Source: Octopus sinensis (taxonomy: Eukaryota). From it: a stretch of 64,000 nucleotides of DNA. A program made the translations under genes and the position numbers. Below the pieces are notes generated by a model. It had not been told where the DNA came from. It worked only from the letters and a program-made list of their open reading frames with translations, and made no database searches. The stretch spans positions 92,938,001 to 93,002,000 of the forward strand of contig NC_043005.1 in NCBI RefSeq assembly GCF_006345805.1, in the 5' to 3' direction. Shown here piece after piece: positions 1-14,590 of this stretch (positions are counted from its first letter, which is position 1; the number at the start of each line of letters is the position of its first letter).

Positions 1-442
1 GCTTGAAACTTTTCAGCATTGAACTGCATGCTATTCTTTTCGGCCCACTTGTATATTTTGTCTAGCTCACATTGCAGGTGTTTAGTGTCCTCAGGGTTCT
101 GTATTGCCTGTGAGACTTTTGTATCATCTGCATAACTTGTGATCGTGGCTCTCGCGTGGCTGAGGGCATGTCTGAGAGGGCCATTATGAACAGTAGTGGT
201 CCCAGAACAGTGCCCTGCGGAACACCGCTCACTATTTGCGTGTTAATGGAAGTGGCCCCATTGGCCACTACCACCTGACTTCTATCTTTCAGAAAGTCAT
301 GAAGCCATTCTCCCAGTTTTCCAACTATGTTGAGATCACGCAGTTTGTGACATATCATTCCATGATCGACTTTATCAAAGGCCTTTGCAAAGTCGAGATA
401 TATGACTTCCACATTTGAGTGGTTGAGCAGCCGTCTCAGCAC
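1..442 (-). mobile_element. CR1-type LINE, reverse-transcriptase fragment (5'-truncated, runs off window)
   Basis: ORF 62..442(-) has [15 protein letters not shown] and [14 protein letters not shown]; frameshifted before YADD; 5' end abuts (TA)n. Confidence 0.9.
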
Positions 443-520
443 CCATATATATATATATATATATATGCATATATATATATATATATATAATATATATATA
501 TATATGCATATATATATATA

Positions 521-902
521 GGAGGAGCACTCCGTCGGTTACGACGATGAGGGTCCCAGCTGATACGATCAACGGAACAGCTTGCTCGTGGAATTAACGT
601 GTAAGTGGCTGAGCACTCCACAGACACGTGTACCCTTAACGTAGTTCTCAGGGAGATTCAGCGTGACACAGAGAGTAACAAGGCCGGCCCCTTGAAATAC
701 AGGTACAACAGAAAACACAAGTAAGAGTAAGAGAAAAGTTGTGGTGAAAGAGTACAGCAGGGGATCACCAACCTCCGCTGGAGCCTCGTGGAGCTTTTAG
801 GTGTTTTCGCTCAATAAACACTCACAACGCCCGGTCTGGGAATCGAAACCGCGACCCTATGACCGCGAGTCCGCTGCCCTAACCACTGGGCCATTGCGCC
901 TC
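521..902 (-). mobile_element. tRNA-derived SINE (family 1), full length
   Basis: Minus strand starts ggaggcgcaatggcccagtggttagggcagcggactcgcggtcatagggtcgcggtttcgattccc (A/B-box tRNA-like head); homologous copies at 14178-14533 and 33350-33548. Confidence 0.85.
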
Positions 903-1137
903 CATATATATATATATATATGCATATATTATATATATATATATATATTATATATATAAATATGCATATATATATATATATATATGCATATATATATATA
1001 TATATATGCATGCATATATATATATATATGCATATATATATATATATATATGCATATATATATATATATATATATATGCATATATATTATATATATATAT
1101 GATGCATATATATATATATATGCAATATATATATATA

Positions 1138-1173
<36 letters not shown>

Positions 1174-1239
1174 TATATATAATATATATATGCATATATA
1201 TATATATATATCTATACTATATGCATTATATATATATAT

Positions 1240-1270
<31 letters not shown>

Positions 1271-1407
1271 GCATATAATAATATATATATTATATATATA
1301 TATGCATATATTATATATATATATATATATATAATGCATATATATATATATATAATATATATATATGCATATATATATATATATATATGCATATATATAT
1401 ATATATA

Positions 1408-1443
<36 letters not shown>

Positions 1444-1475
1444 TATATTATATATATGCATATATATATTATATA
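903..1475. repeat. (TA)n microsatellite with TGCA interruptions
   Basis: Direct reading: tatatatatgcatatata units. Confidence 0.95.
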
Positions 1476-2508
1476 TTCTTTTATTCTTTACTTGTTTCAG
1501 CCATCGGCTGAGGCCATGCTGGGGCACCGCCCTTGTTGCTACCTTCTCTAAGTCCAGTTTGCCGGCTGCGCCACTGATCTAGAGAGAGTTTGTAGCTGCT
1601 GCCCTTAGGTTACCTTCGTACCTTGCAGTGGGTTCATCTGGGATCCCGGAAGGCAGCTTGTCTAGATGTTTTTTGAAAAAGTCCACATCCGCATCATGTA
1701 GATCTCTAGTTTTCTTGGCAGTTTGTTGAAAAGCTGAGGGCCCCTGAACCCCAGGCTATTACAGTATCTGCTCCTTACTCGGATGTGGAAGACGGGACCT
1801 TTGGCACCACACAGTGACGTCCTGTACGGAATTGGAACAGCTCTCAATTCCAAAATTGGTGCTAGTCCCTCCAGGATTTTCCATATGTATATCAATGCAT
1901 ATCTCTCTTGTCTTCGTTCCAAGGAGTACAAATTGAGTTCCCTAAGCCTCTCCCAATAGTTCTTTCTTTCATGGTGGAAATCCTCTTGGTGAAATGTCTT
2001 TGGATTGTCTCAAGCTCTGGGTTAGTTTGACACTATGCAGTGACCACAGTTGGGAGCAGTAGTCCAGGCGGCTTAGGACAAATGTCCTCCATAGTGTCAA
2101 CATGGTCTCGCAGTCTCTTGTCCGGAATGTCCTCAGGATCCAGCCAGTGAGTCGTCTGCACATTGTCGCCACCTTCGCGATGTGTGAAGAAAAAAGATGC
2201 ATCGTCACTCATGTCTATCCCCAGGTCCCGTATTGTTCGATACTGGGATTTCGATCCCTCCTGGACCAGTATAGTTGTGTTGTAATGTATATGTGTTTAC
2301 AGCTTGATATTGTAAGGCTTGAGATTTACCAGCATTAAATTGCATGTTGTTGTCTTCAGCCCATTTGTATATGGCATCCAGATCTTGTTGTAAAAGGTCA
2401 GCATCAGCTGGGTTTTGATTGCCTGTGCTACCTTTGTGTCATCAGCATAGCTAGTGAGGGAAGTTGTTTGTGCTACCAAGGGCATGTCAGAGAGCGCCAC
2501 CAAAACCA
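1476..2508 (-). mobile_element. CR1-type LINE 3' fragment (RT C-terminus to 3' tail)
   Basis: ALSDMP..SYADDTK, LDYCSQLWS and YSLERRQERY motifs in three frameshifted ORFs; tail ggcggtgccccagcatggcc..gctgaaacaagtaaagaataaaagaa. Confidence 0.9.
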
Positions 2509-2810
2509 TGTATGTATATATATATATATATGTATGTATTATATATATATATATGTATATGTATATATATATATATGTATATGTATATATATATATATGT
2601 ATATGTATATAATATAATATGTATATTGTATATATATATTGTATATGATATATGTATATATATATATGTATGTATATATAATATATGTATGTATATATTA
2701 TATGTATATATATATATGTATGTATATATATATATGTATGTATATATATATATATGTATGTATATATATATATATATGTATGTATATATATATATATGTA
2801 TGTCTATATA

Positions 2811-2843
<33 letters not shown>

Positions 2844-3159
2844 ATGTATGTATGTATATATGTATGTATGTTATATATATATGTATGTATGTATATGTAT
2901 ATATGTATGTATGTATTATAATATATGTTATGTATTATATGTATATATGTATGTATGTATATGTATATATATGTATATATATATGTATGTATGTATATGT
3001 ATATATATATGTATGTATGTATATATATATATATGTATATATATGTATATATATATATGTATGTATATATATATGTATGTATATATATGTATATATATAT
3101 GTATGTATATATGTATGTATATATATATATATGTATATATGTATATATATATATATATA

Positions 3160-3327
3160 CTACAATCTCGGAGTGGTTGGCATTAGGAAGGGCATCCAGC
3201 TGTAGAAACACTGCCAGATCTGACTGGACTGGTGCAGCTTTCGGGCTCCCCAGACCCCAGTTGAACCGTACAACCCATGCTAGCATGGAAAGCGGACGTT
3301 AAATGATGATGATGATGATGATGATGA
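3160..3327 (+). mobile_element. RTE LINE 3'-tail fragment ending in (GAT)n
   Basis: ggagtggttggcattaggaagggcatccagctgtagaaac...catgctagcatggaaagcggacgttaaa(tga)n; matches 3' end of the RTE at 8882-10454. Confidence 0.85.
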
Positions 3328-4790
3328 TATATGTATATATATGTATATATATATGTATGTATATATATATATATGTATGTATATATATATATATGTATAT
3401 ATATGTATATATATATGTATGTATATATATATATATGTATATATATGTATATATATATGTATGTATATATATATGTATATATATATGTATGTATATATAT
3501 ATGTATATATATGTATAATATGATGTATAATATGTACATATATATGTATGTATATATATGTATTATATATGTATGTATATATATATATGTATATATATAT
3601 GTATGTATATATATGTATATATATATGTATGTCATATATATATGTATATATATATGTATGTATATATATGTATATTATTATGTTGATATATATGTATATA
3701 TATATGTATGTATATATATGTATATATATGTAGTTATTATGTATATATTATATATGTATGTATTATATATGTATGTATATATATGTATATATATATGTAT
3801 GTATATATAATGTGATATATAGTGTATATATATGTATATATATATGTATATATATGTATATATATATGTAGTATGTATATATATGTATATATATGTATAT
3901 ATATATATATTGTATATATATGTATATATATGTAATATATGTATATATATATGTATGTATATATATGTATATAGTATATATGTATGTATATATATAGATG
4001 TATATATATATGTATGTATATATATATGTATGTATATATATATGTAGTATATATATGTATGTATATATATATGTATTATATATATATATGTATATATATA
4101 TATACGTATATATTATGTATATTCTATGTATATATATATGTATATATATGTATATATATATGTATATTTATGTATATTTATGTATATATATATGTAATAT
4201 ATGTATATATATGTATGATATATATATATGTATGTAATATATATATGTATGTATATATATGTATTAATATCTATATGTATATATGTATGTAATATATATA
4301 TATTATTATATCTATATATGTAGTATATATATATATTATGATGTATATGTATGTATGTATATGTATGTATATATATATATGTATATGTATTGTATATGTA
4401 TGTAGTATATGTATGTATATATATATATGTATGTATGTATATATATGTATGTATGTATATATATTGTATGTATGTATATATATATGTATGTATGTATATA
4501 TATATGTATTGTATGTATATTATATGTATGTATGTATATATATATATGTATGTATGTATATATATATATGTATATATGTATATATAGTATGTATATATAT
4601 ATATATATGTATGTATGTATATATATATGTATGTATATATATATATGTATGTATGTATATATATGTATGTATGTATGATATGTATATATATATATGTATG
4701 GATATATATAGGTATGTATGTATATATATATGTATGTATATATATGTATATATATATATGTATGTATATATATGTTATATACTATATAAT

Positions 4791-4826
<36 letters not shown>

Positions 4827-5950
4827 ATATATGTATGTATATATATGTATATTATATATATGTAATGTATGTAATATATATATATATGTATATATATATA
4901 TGTATGTATATATATATATAGGATATGTATGTATATATATGTTATATATATATATATAGTATATATATATGTATGTATATATATATGTATGTATGTATAT
5001 ATATGATATGTATATATAATATATATATATTATATGTATGATGTTATATATGATGTATATATATATATATATGTATGTATGTATATATGTATGTATATAT
5101 ATATATATATTGTATGTATGTATATATATGTATGTATGTAATATATATGTATGTATAATATAGATATATATATGTAGTATGTATATATATGTATGTATGT
5201 ATGTATGTATATATATGTATGTATGTATATATATGTATGTATGATATAATATGTATGTATGTATATATATATATATGTATGTATGTATATATATGTATGT
5301 ATGTATATATATGTATGTATATATAATGTATATATGTATGTATATATATATGTATATGTATGTATATATATATATATATATGTATGTATATATATATATG
5401 TATGTATATATATATATGTATGTATATATATATATATGTATGTATATATATATATGTATGTATATATATATATATATGTATGTATATATATATATATGTA
5501 TGTATATATATATATATATGTATGTATATGTATGTATGTATATGTATATGTATATGTATGTATGTATATGTATATATATATGTATGTATGTATATATATA
5601 TGTATGTATGTATATGTATGTATATATATATGTATATATATGTATGTATATATATATGTATGTATATATATGTATATATGTATGTATGTATATGTATATA
5701 TATGTATATATATATGTATGTATGTATATGTATATATATATATGTATGTATGTATATGTATATATATATATGTATGTATGTATATGTATATATATATATG
5801 TATGTATATGTATATATATATATATGTATATATATGTATATATATATATGTATGTATATATATATGTATGTATATATATGTATATATATATGTATGTATA
5901 TATATATGTATGTATATATATATGTATATATGTATATATGTATATATATA

Positions 5951-6119
5951 CTACACTCTCGGAGTGGTTGGCGTTAGGAAGGGCATCCAGCTGTAGAAAC
6001 ACTGCCAGATCTGACTGGACTGGTGCAGCTTTCGGGCTCCCCAGACCCCAGTTGAACCGTCCAACCCATGCTAGCATGGAAAGCGGACGTTAAATGATGA
6101 TGATGATGATGATGATGAT
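5951..6119 (+). mobile_element. RTE LINE 3'-tail fragment, duplicate of 3160-3327
   Basis: Same truncation point and only 3 substitutions seen versus the 3160 copy. Confidence 0.85.
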
Positions 6120-6355
6120 ATATGTATATATATGTATATATATATGTATGTATATATATATATATGTATATATATGTATATATATATGTATGTATATATA
6201 TATATATGTATATATATATGTATATATATATGTATGTATATATATATGTATATATATATGTATGTATATATATATGTATATATATGTATATATATATGTA
6301 TGTATATATATGTACATATATATGTATGTATATATATGTATATATATATGTATGT

Positions 6356-6395
<40 letters not shown>

Positions 6396-6752
6396 GTATA
6401 TATATATGTATGTATATATATATATGTATATATATGTATATATATATGTATGTTATATATATATATGTATATATATGTATATATATGTATATAATTGTAT
6501 ATATATATATATATGTATATATATGTATATATATGTATGTATATGTATGTTATATATGTATGTATATGTATTGTATATATATGTATATATATGTATATAT
6601 ATATGTATGTATATATATGTATATATGTATGTATATATATGTATATATATATGTATGTAATATATTGTATGTATTATATATGTAGGTATATATATATGTA
6701 TGTATGTATTATATATGTATATATATATGTATGTATATATATATGTATGTAT

Positions 6753-6793
<41 letters not shown>

Positions 6794-7150
6794 TGTATGT
6801 ATATATATATGTATATATATATGTATATATATGTATATATATATGTATATATATGTATATATATATGTATATATATATGTATATATATATGTATATATAT
6901 GTATATATATGTATATATATGTATGTATATATGTATATATATGTATATATATAGTATGTATATATATATATGTATGTATATATATATATGTATGTATATA
7001 ATATATGTATGTATATATATAGGATATATATATATGTATGATATATATGTATGTATATATATATATGTATGTATGGATATGTATGTATGTATATGTATGT
7101 ATATATATTATATGTATGTATGTATATGTATGTATGTATATGTATGTATG

Positions 7151-7184
<34 letters not shown>

Positions 7185-8881
7185 TATATGTATATATATA
7201 TATGTATGTATATATAATGTATGGATGTATATATATGTATGTATGTATATATGTATGTATGTATATATATATAGTATGTATGTATATATATGTATGTATT
7301 AATATATGTATGTATTATATATATATATGTATGTATATATATAATATATTATGTAGTATGTAGATAATGTATGTATATATATATATGTATGTATGTATAT
7401 ATATGTATGTATGTATATATATATATATGTATGTATATATGTATATATTATATATATATATAGTATGTAGATATATGTATGTATATATATATATTATGTA
7501 TGTAATATATGTTATATATATATATATATGTATATATATGTATATATATATGTAGTATAGTATATGTATGTATATATATATATATATATATATGTATTGT
7601 ATGTATATAGCGTATGTATGTATATATATAGATGTATGTATATAATATAATTATGTATGTATGTATTATATATATATATGTATGTATGTATATATTATGT
7701 ATGTATATATATGTATGTATGTAGATATATATGTATGTATATATATATGTATATATGTATGTAGATATATGTATATGTATGTATATATATATATGTATAT
7801 GTATGTATATATATATATGTATAGTATGTATAATATATATGTATATGTATGTATAATATATTATGTATTGTTATGTATATATATATTATATATATGTATA
7901 TAATATGTATATATATATGTATGTATGGTATATATATTATGTATGTATATATATATGTTATTATGTATATGTATTGTATATATATATGTATAGTATGTAT
8001 AATATATATGTATATGTATGTATATATATATGTATTATATGTATATTGTATGTATATATAGATATATAGATGTATGTGATATTATGTATGTAGTATATAT
8101 ATGTATGTATGTATATATATATGTATGTATATATATATGTATGTTGTATATCTATATATATATATGTGTATGTATCTGTTGATATATATATATATGTGTA
8201 TGTATGTATATATATATATATGTGTGTATGTATATATATATGTGTGTATGTATATATATATATGTGTGTGTGTATATATATATATATTTAGATATGTGTG
8301 TATGTATATATATATATGTATGTATGTGTGTATATATATATATGTATGTATGTATATATATATATATATGTATGTATGTATGTGTGTATATATATATATG
8401 TATGTATGTATATATATATATATGTATGTATGTATATATATATATGTATGTATGTATATGTATATGTATGTATGTATATATATATATATATGTATGTATG
8501 TATATATGTATATGTAATTATGTATATATATATGTATGTATGTATATGTATATATATATGTATGTATGTATATATATATGTGTATGTATGTATGTATATA
8601 TATATGTGTATGTATGTATGTATATATATATGTATATGTATGTATGTATATATATATGTATATGTATGTATGTATATATATATGTATGTATGTATATATA
8701 TATGTATATGTATGTATGTATATATATCTGTATGTATGTATATATATATGTGTATGTATGTATGTATACATATATGTATATATATGTGTGTATATATATA
8801 TATGTATATATGTATGTATGTATATATATATGTATATATATGTGTGTATATATATATATGTATATATGTATATATATATAA

Positions 8882-10454
8882 GTAGAGGTTGGGGTCCACC
8901 AGGGTTCAGTACTCAGCCCCCTTTTATTTATTATAGTCCTCCTGGCAATTACGGAGGAATTCAAGACAGGTTGCCCGTGGGAGCTTCTCTATGCTGAAGA
9001 CCTTGCTCTAAATGCTGAGTCACTATCAGAACTGGAGGTGAAGTTCCAGGTGTGGAAGGAGGGTTTAGAATCGAGGGGCCTTAGAGTCAACCTAGCTAAA
9101 ACCAAAGTACTAATAAGTAGGAAGGTAGACAATCCACAAACGCTTTCAGGTAGATGGCCCTGCTCAATCTGTAATGGTGTAGGTAGAAACTCTATAAGAT
9201 GTACCCAGTGTTAGCTATGGACACGTAAGAGGTGCAGCAATGTCAAAGGTAGGCTTACTGGGAAGATAGTTTTTGTATGTTGCAGATGCTCGGGAGTATT
9301 AACCTCCGAAAATCTGTAGAAAACAACTTCTGTCACTTTCCAGGGGGAAAAACTAGAAGTAGTTGATAGCTTCCGTTATCTAGGTGACCAAGTCAGTAGT
9401 GGGGGTGGGTGCGTTGAAAGTGGACCTGCTAGAATAAGAAGTACCGGACAAAGTTTAGGGAGCTCTTACCGCTGCTGGTGAAAAAGGCCTCTTGCTCAGA
9501 GTGTAAAGGCAAGACAGACTGTATGATGTGCATGTGTACGAACAGCCATGCTACATGGCAGTGAAACATGGGCCGTGACTGCTAAGGACATGCGTAAGCT
9601 CGCGAGGAATGAAGCCAGTATGCTCCGATGGATGTGTAATGTCAGTGTACATACTCGACAGAGCGTTAGTACCTTGAGAGAAATGTTTTACCTAAGAAGC
9701 ATCAGTTGTGGTGTGCAAGAAAGACGATTACGCTGGTATGGTCATGTGGCGAGAATGGATGAAGATAGGCGTGTGAAAAAGTGCCAATCCCTAGCAGTTG
9801 AGGGAACCTGTGGAAGAGGTAGACCTAGGAAAACCTGGGACGAGGTGGTGAAGCACGACCTTCGAACTTTGGGCCTCACTGAAGAAATGACCAGCGACCG
9901 AGACCTTTGGAAATGTGCTGTGCGTTAGAGGACCAGACAGGACAATTGAACCCAGCCCAGTTATTCATGCCTTTCCTCCCTTGGACTCAAAGACCTGTTG
10001 AAGCAAGCTAAGTCGATATCGAACCTCATCCGACAACAGGCACCCATGCCAACCCCCTTTTCTTGCGAAGACATGTTGGGGCAAGTGAAATGGAAATCGG
10101 AATTGAAATTGAACCAATCCTATGACTTGCACCCGGCAGATGCCAGGACCCCTAGACTGGTGGTATGTAAAAAGCACTATGCCAGCGCTGCCTCGACTGG
10201 CTTCCGTGCCGGTGGCACATAAAATGCACCAATCCGACCATGGCCGTTGCCAGCCTTGCCTGGCACCTGTGCGGGTGGCACGTAAAAAGCACCCACTACA
10301 CTCACGGAGTGGTTGGCGTTAGGAAGGGCATCCAGCCGTAGAAACACTGCCAGATCAGACTGGGCCTGATGCAGCCTTCTGGCTTCACAGACCCCACTTG
10401 AACCATCCAACCCATGCTAGCATGGAAAGCGGACGCTAAATGATGATGATGATG
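8882..10454 (+). mobile_element. RTE-clade LINE, 5'-truncated pseudogene with 3' UTR and (GAT)n tail
   Basis: From 8883: [27 protein letters not shown]; ORF 9548..9928 LHGSETW..RLRWYGHVARM..GRGRPRKTW; in-frame stops. Confidence 0.9.
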
Positions 10455-10530
10455 TATGTGTGTATATATATATATGTGTGTATGTATATATATATGTATG
10501 TTTGTGTGTATGTGTGTATACATACATGTA

Positions 10531-10571
<41 letters not shown>

Positions 10572-10713
10572 TACACATATATATATATATATATGTATCT
10601 TATCTTATCTTATCTAGTTTCAGCTCACGAACTGTGGCCATGCTGGGGTACCGCGATTCAATGTTGCTACATGATCTTACTTCACGAATGCTTTTTAGCA
10701 ATTGACATTTGGT

Positions 10714-10852
10714 GTAGAAACATTGCTGTAGAAACATTGCCAGATAAGACTGGAGCCTGGTGCAGCCTTCTGGCTTCCCAGATCCCAGGTCAAACCGTCC
10801 AACCCATGCTAGCATGAAGAACGGACGTTAAAAGATGATGATGATGATGATG

Positions 10853-10854
<2 letters not shown>
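10714..10854 (+). mobile_element. RTE 3'-tail fragment
   Basis: gtagaaacattgccagataagactggagcctggtgcagcc...catgctagcatg..gacgttaaaa(gat)n. Confidence 0.75.
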
Positions 10855-10883
<29 letters not shown>

Positions 10884-10907
10884 TATGTATGTATGTATAT
10901 ATGTATG

Positions 10908-10946
<39 letters not shown>

Positions 10947-11066
10947 GTATATATATATATGTATGTATGTATGTATATATGTATGTATATATATATATGT
11001 ATGTATGTATGTATGTATTTATGTATGTATATATGTATGTATGTATATATATATGTATGTATATAT

Positions 11067-12404
11067 CCTTAAATCCTGAATAATGTTTTAGCTCGAAGGC
11101 CGCGGCCATGCTGGGGCACCACCGCTGAATGAGCTACACTAGTTTGTGAATCCACCTCTGATACGTGGCACTTGATCAACAAGGGAGCTCGATGCTGCTG
11201 CCCGCATCTGCGTCTTCTGTCATGAGGTAGGTTCATCTGGGACTCCCGACAGGAAGAGATCCAGTTTAGTTTTAAAGAAACCCACATCCACATCATGTAA
11301 GACTCTCAGGCATTTAGGGAGGATGTTAAAGAGCTGTGGTCCTCTGAAACCCAAGCTGTTGCAGTATCTGGACCTGTATTTTGATGGTGATGTTGGAATC
11401 CTTGGCACCATGCAGTGGCGCCCCGTTCTGCGGTTGGAGTAACTTTGAATGCCAAAGTTTGGGACAAGACCCTCCAGGATTTTCCAGATGTATATCCCCG
11501 CATATCTCTCCCACCTCCGCTCTAGGGAGAAGAGGTTTAATACCTTCAGTCTTTCCCAGTAGCTGATATTTTGCATTGAGATGATTTTCTTTTTGTAGCT
11601 TCTCTGAATTGCTTCGAGTTCTGCTGTTAGTTTTATATTGTGTTGTGACCATAGTTGGGAACAGTAGTCGAAGCGGCTGAAGCCAAATGTTTTCCATAGG
11701 ACCATCAGTGTCTCCTTCTCTCTTGTTCTGCTAGCCGTCTGCATTTTATCACCAGATTAGCAATATGCACTTAGAAAGATGCATCATTGCTCATGTCAAT
11801 GCCCAGGTCACGCACTGATTTTGACTCAGGGATTGCAATTCTTTCTGTGCCAGTGTATCCAGTCTGCACGTCGTTTACCTTTGTGTGCCAGTAGCACAGG
11901 GCCTGGAACTTACCTGAATTAAACTGCATGATGTTGTCCTCAGCCCACCTGTATATTGTGTCCAACTCCTGTTGCAGATGCGCAATATTTTCAGGGTTTT
12001 GTATTGCGTGGGAGACTTTTGTGTCATCTGCATAGCTAGCAAGTTTGGCCATCGTAGCAACTGAAGGCATGTCTGAAAGGGCCAATATGAACAGCAGTGG
12101 CCCCAAGACAGTGCCCTGTGGAACAGTGCCCTGTGGAACACTGCTTGTTATTTGTGTTTCCTTGGAGGTGGCTCCATTGCTCACAACTGCCTGTAATCTG
12201 TCTTTTAGGAAGTTGTGCAGCCACTCTCCAAGTTTCCCGCCTATGCCGAGACCATGGAGTTTGTGATAGATCATACCATGGTCGACTTTATCAAAGGCCT
12301 TTGCAAAGTCGAGATATATTACATCCACATTTGAGCCATTTAGTAGCTGTTTTAATACCCAGTCATAGTGTTGCAGGAGCTGTGTTAGGCAGCTTCTACC
12401 TGGT
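11067..12404 (-). mobile_element. CR1-type LINE 3' part (RT to tail), 5'-truncated
   Basis: [39 protein letters not shown]; tail rc of ccttaaatcc; closely related to 45748-49079. Confidence 0.92.
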
Positions 12405-12457
12405 GTGTGTATATGTATATATATGTGTGTATATATATATATATGTGTGTATATATA

Positions 12458-12502
<45 letters not shown>

Positions 12503-12929
12503 ATATGTATATATATATATGTGTGTATGTATGTATATATATATGGTGTATATGTATATATATATATATGTATATATATGTGGTATATGTATATATATAT
12601 ATATGTGTGTATATGTATATATATATATGTGGTATATGTATATATATATATGTGTGTATATGTTATATATATATGTGTGTATATGTATATATATATATAT
12701 GTGTGTATATGTATATATATATATGTGTGTATGTATATATATATATGTGTGTATATGTATATATATATATGTGTGTATATGTATATATATATATGTGTGT
12801 ATATGTATATATATATATGTGTGTATATGTATATATATATATGTGTGTGTATATGTATATATATATATGTGTGTATATGTATATATATATATGTGTGTAT
12901 ATGTATATATATATATATGTGTGTATATG

Positions 12930-12962
<33 letters not shown>

Positions 12963-13479
12963 TTATACATATATATATATATGTGTGTATGTATATATAT
13001 ATGTGTGTGTGTATATATATATGTGTGTGTGTATATATATATGTGTGTGTGTATATATATATATGTGTGTGTATATATATATGTGTGTATATATATATGT
13101 GTGTGTATATATATATATGTGTGTATATATATATGTGTGTGTGTGTATATATATATATGCGTATATATATGTGTATATATATATATATATATGTCTGTGT
13201 ATATATATATATGTATATATATATGTGTATATATGTGTGTATATATATATGTGTATATATATATGTGTATATATGTGTGTATATATATATGTGTATATAT
13301 ATGTGTGTATATATATATGTGTATATATATATGTGTATATATATATATATGTATATATATGTGTGTATATATATATATATGTATATATATATATGTGTGT
13401 ATATATATGTATATATATATGTGTGTATATATATATATATGTATATATATATGTGTGTATATATGTGTGTATATATATG

Positions 13480-13512
<33 letters not shown>

Positions 13513-13570
13513 GTGTGTATATATATATGTATATATATGTGTGTATATATATATGTGTGTATATATATAT
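12405..13570. repeat. Compound (TA)n/(TG)n array with ~18-24 bp higher-order units
   Basis: Repeating gtgtgtatatgtatatatatatat units. Confidence 0.95.
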
Positions 13571-13866
13571 GGCCGACCAATGCCTTGTGAGTGGATTTGG
13601 TAGACGGAAACTGAAAGAAGCCTGTCGTATATATATATAATATATATATGTGTGTGTTTGTATGTCTGTGTTTGTGCCCCTAGCATTGCTTGACAACCGA
13701 TGCTGGTGTGTTTACGTCACTGTCACTTAGCGGTTCGGCAAAAGAGACCGATAGAATAAGTACTGGGCTTACAAAGAATAAGTACCGGGGTCGATTTGCT
13801 CGACTAAAGGCGGTGCTCCAGCATGGCCACAGTCAAATGACTGAAACAAGTAAAAGAGTAAAAGAG
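13571..13866 (+). mobile_element. CORE-type tRNA SINE (family 2), 5'-truncated
   Basis: ggccgaccaatgccttgtgagtggatttggtagacggaaactgaaagaagcc core, then tail ggcggtgctccagcatggccacagtcaaatgactgaaacaagtaaaaga. Confidence 0.8.
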
Positions 13867-14177
13867 TATATATATGTGTGTGTGTATATATATATGTATA
13901 TATATATTTTTGAGTGTGTATATATATATGTATATATATATGTGTGTGTATATATATATGCATATATATGTGTGTGTGTATATATATATGTATATATATA
14001 TGTGTATATATATATATGTGTATATATATATATATATGGATGTATATGTTAGGATGTGTATATATATATGTGTAGACATGTGTGTATGTATGTATGCGTG
14101 TATATATATGTATGTGTGTATATATGTGTATGTATGTATGCGTGTGTATATATGTGTGTGTGTATATATGTGTATGT

Positions 14178-14533
14178 GGAAGCACTCCTTCGGTTACGAC
14201 GATGAGGGTTCCGATTAACGTGAAATTAACATGCAAGTGGCTGAGCACTCCACAGACAAGTGTGCCCTTAACGTAGTTTTCGGGGATATTCAGCGTGACA
14301 CAGAGAGTGACAAGGCCGGCCCTTTGAAATACAGGTACAACAGAAACAGGAAGTAAGAGTGAGAGAAAGTTGTGGTGAAAGAGTACAGCAGGGATCACTG
14401 CCATCCCCTGCCGGAGCCTCGTGGAGCTTTAGGTGTTTTCGCTCAATAAACACTCACAATGCCCGGTCTGGGAATCGAAACCGCGATCCTACGACCGCGA
14501 GTCCACTGCCCTAACCACTAGGCCATTGCGCCT
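14178..14533 (-). mobile_element. tRNA-derived SINE (family 1) with small internal deletion
   Basis: Co-linear with 521-902. Confidence 0.85.
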
Positions 14534-14590
14534 ACACATGTGTATGTATATATATGTGTGTATATGTATATATGTATGTATATGTATATA

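Larger units (their letters stand above)
2509..8881. repeat. ~6.4-kb compound (TA)n/(TATG)n microsatellite array
   Basis: Nearly pure T/A/G alternation on + strand, interrupted only at 3160 and 5951. Confidence 0.95.

Noticed and set aside
820-902. tRNA-like sequence (also 14450-14533, 24650-24728)
   Set aside because: These are SINE heads joined to SINE bodies; no complete cloverleaf acceptor stem is evident
375-14300. Dozens of long ORFs rich in Y/I/M/C/V/H/T (up to 641 aa)
   Set aside because: They are translations of TA/TG microsatellites, which lack stops in several frames. The RT part of ORF 11771..13696 is a truncated LINE fused by chance to repeat
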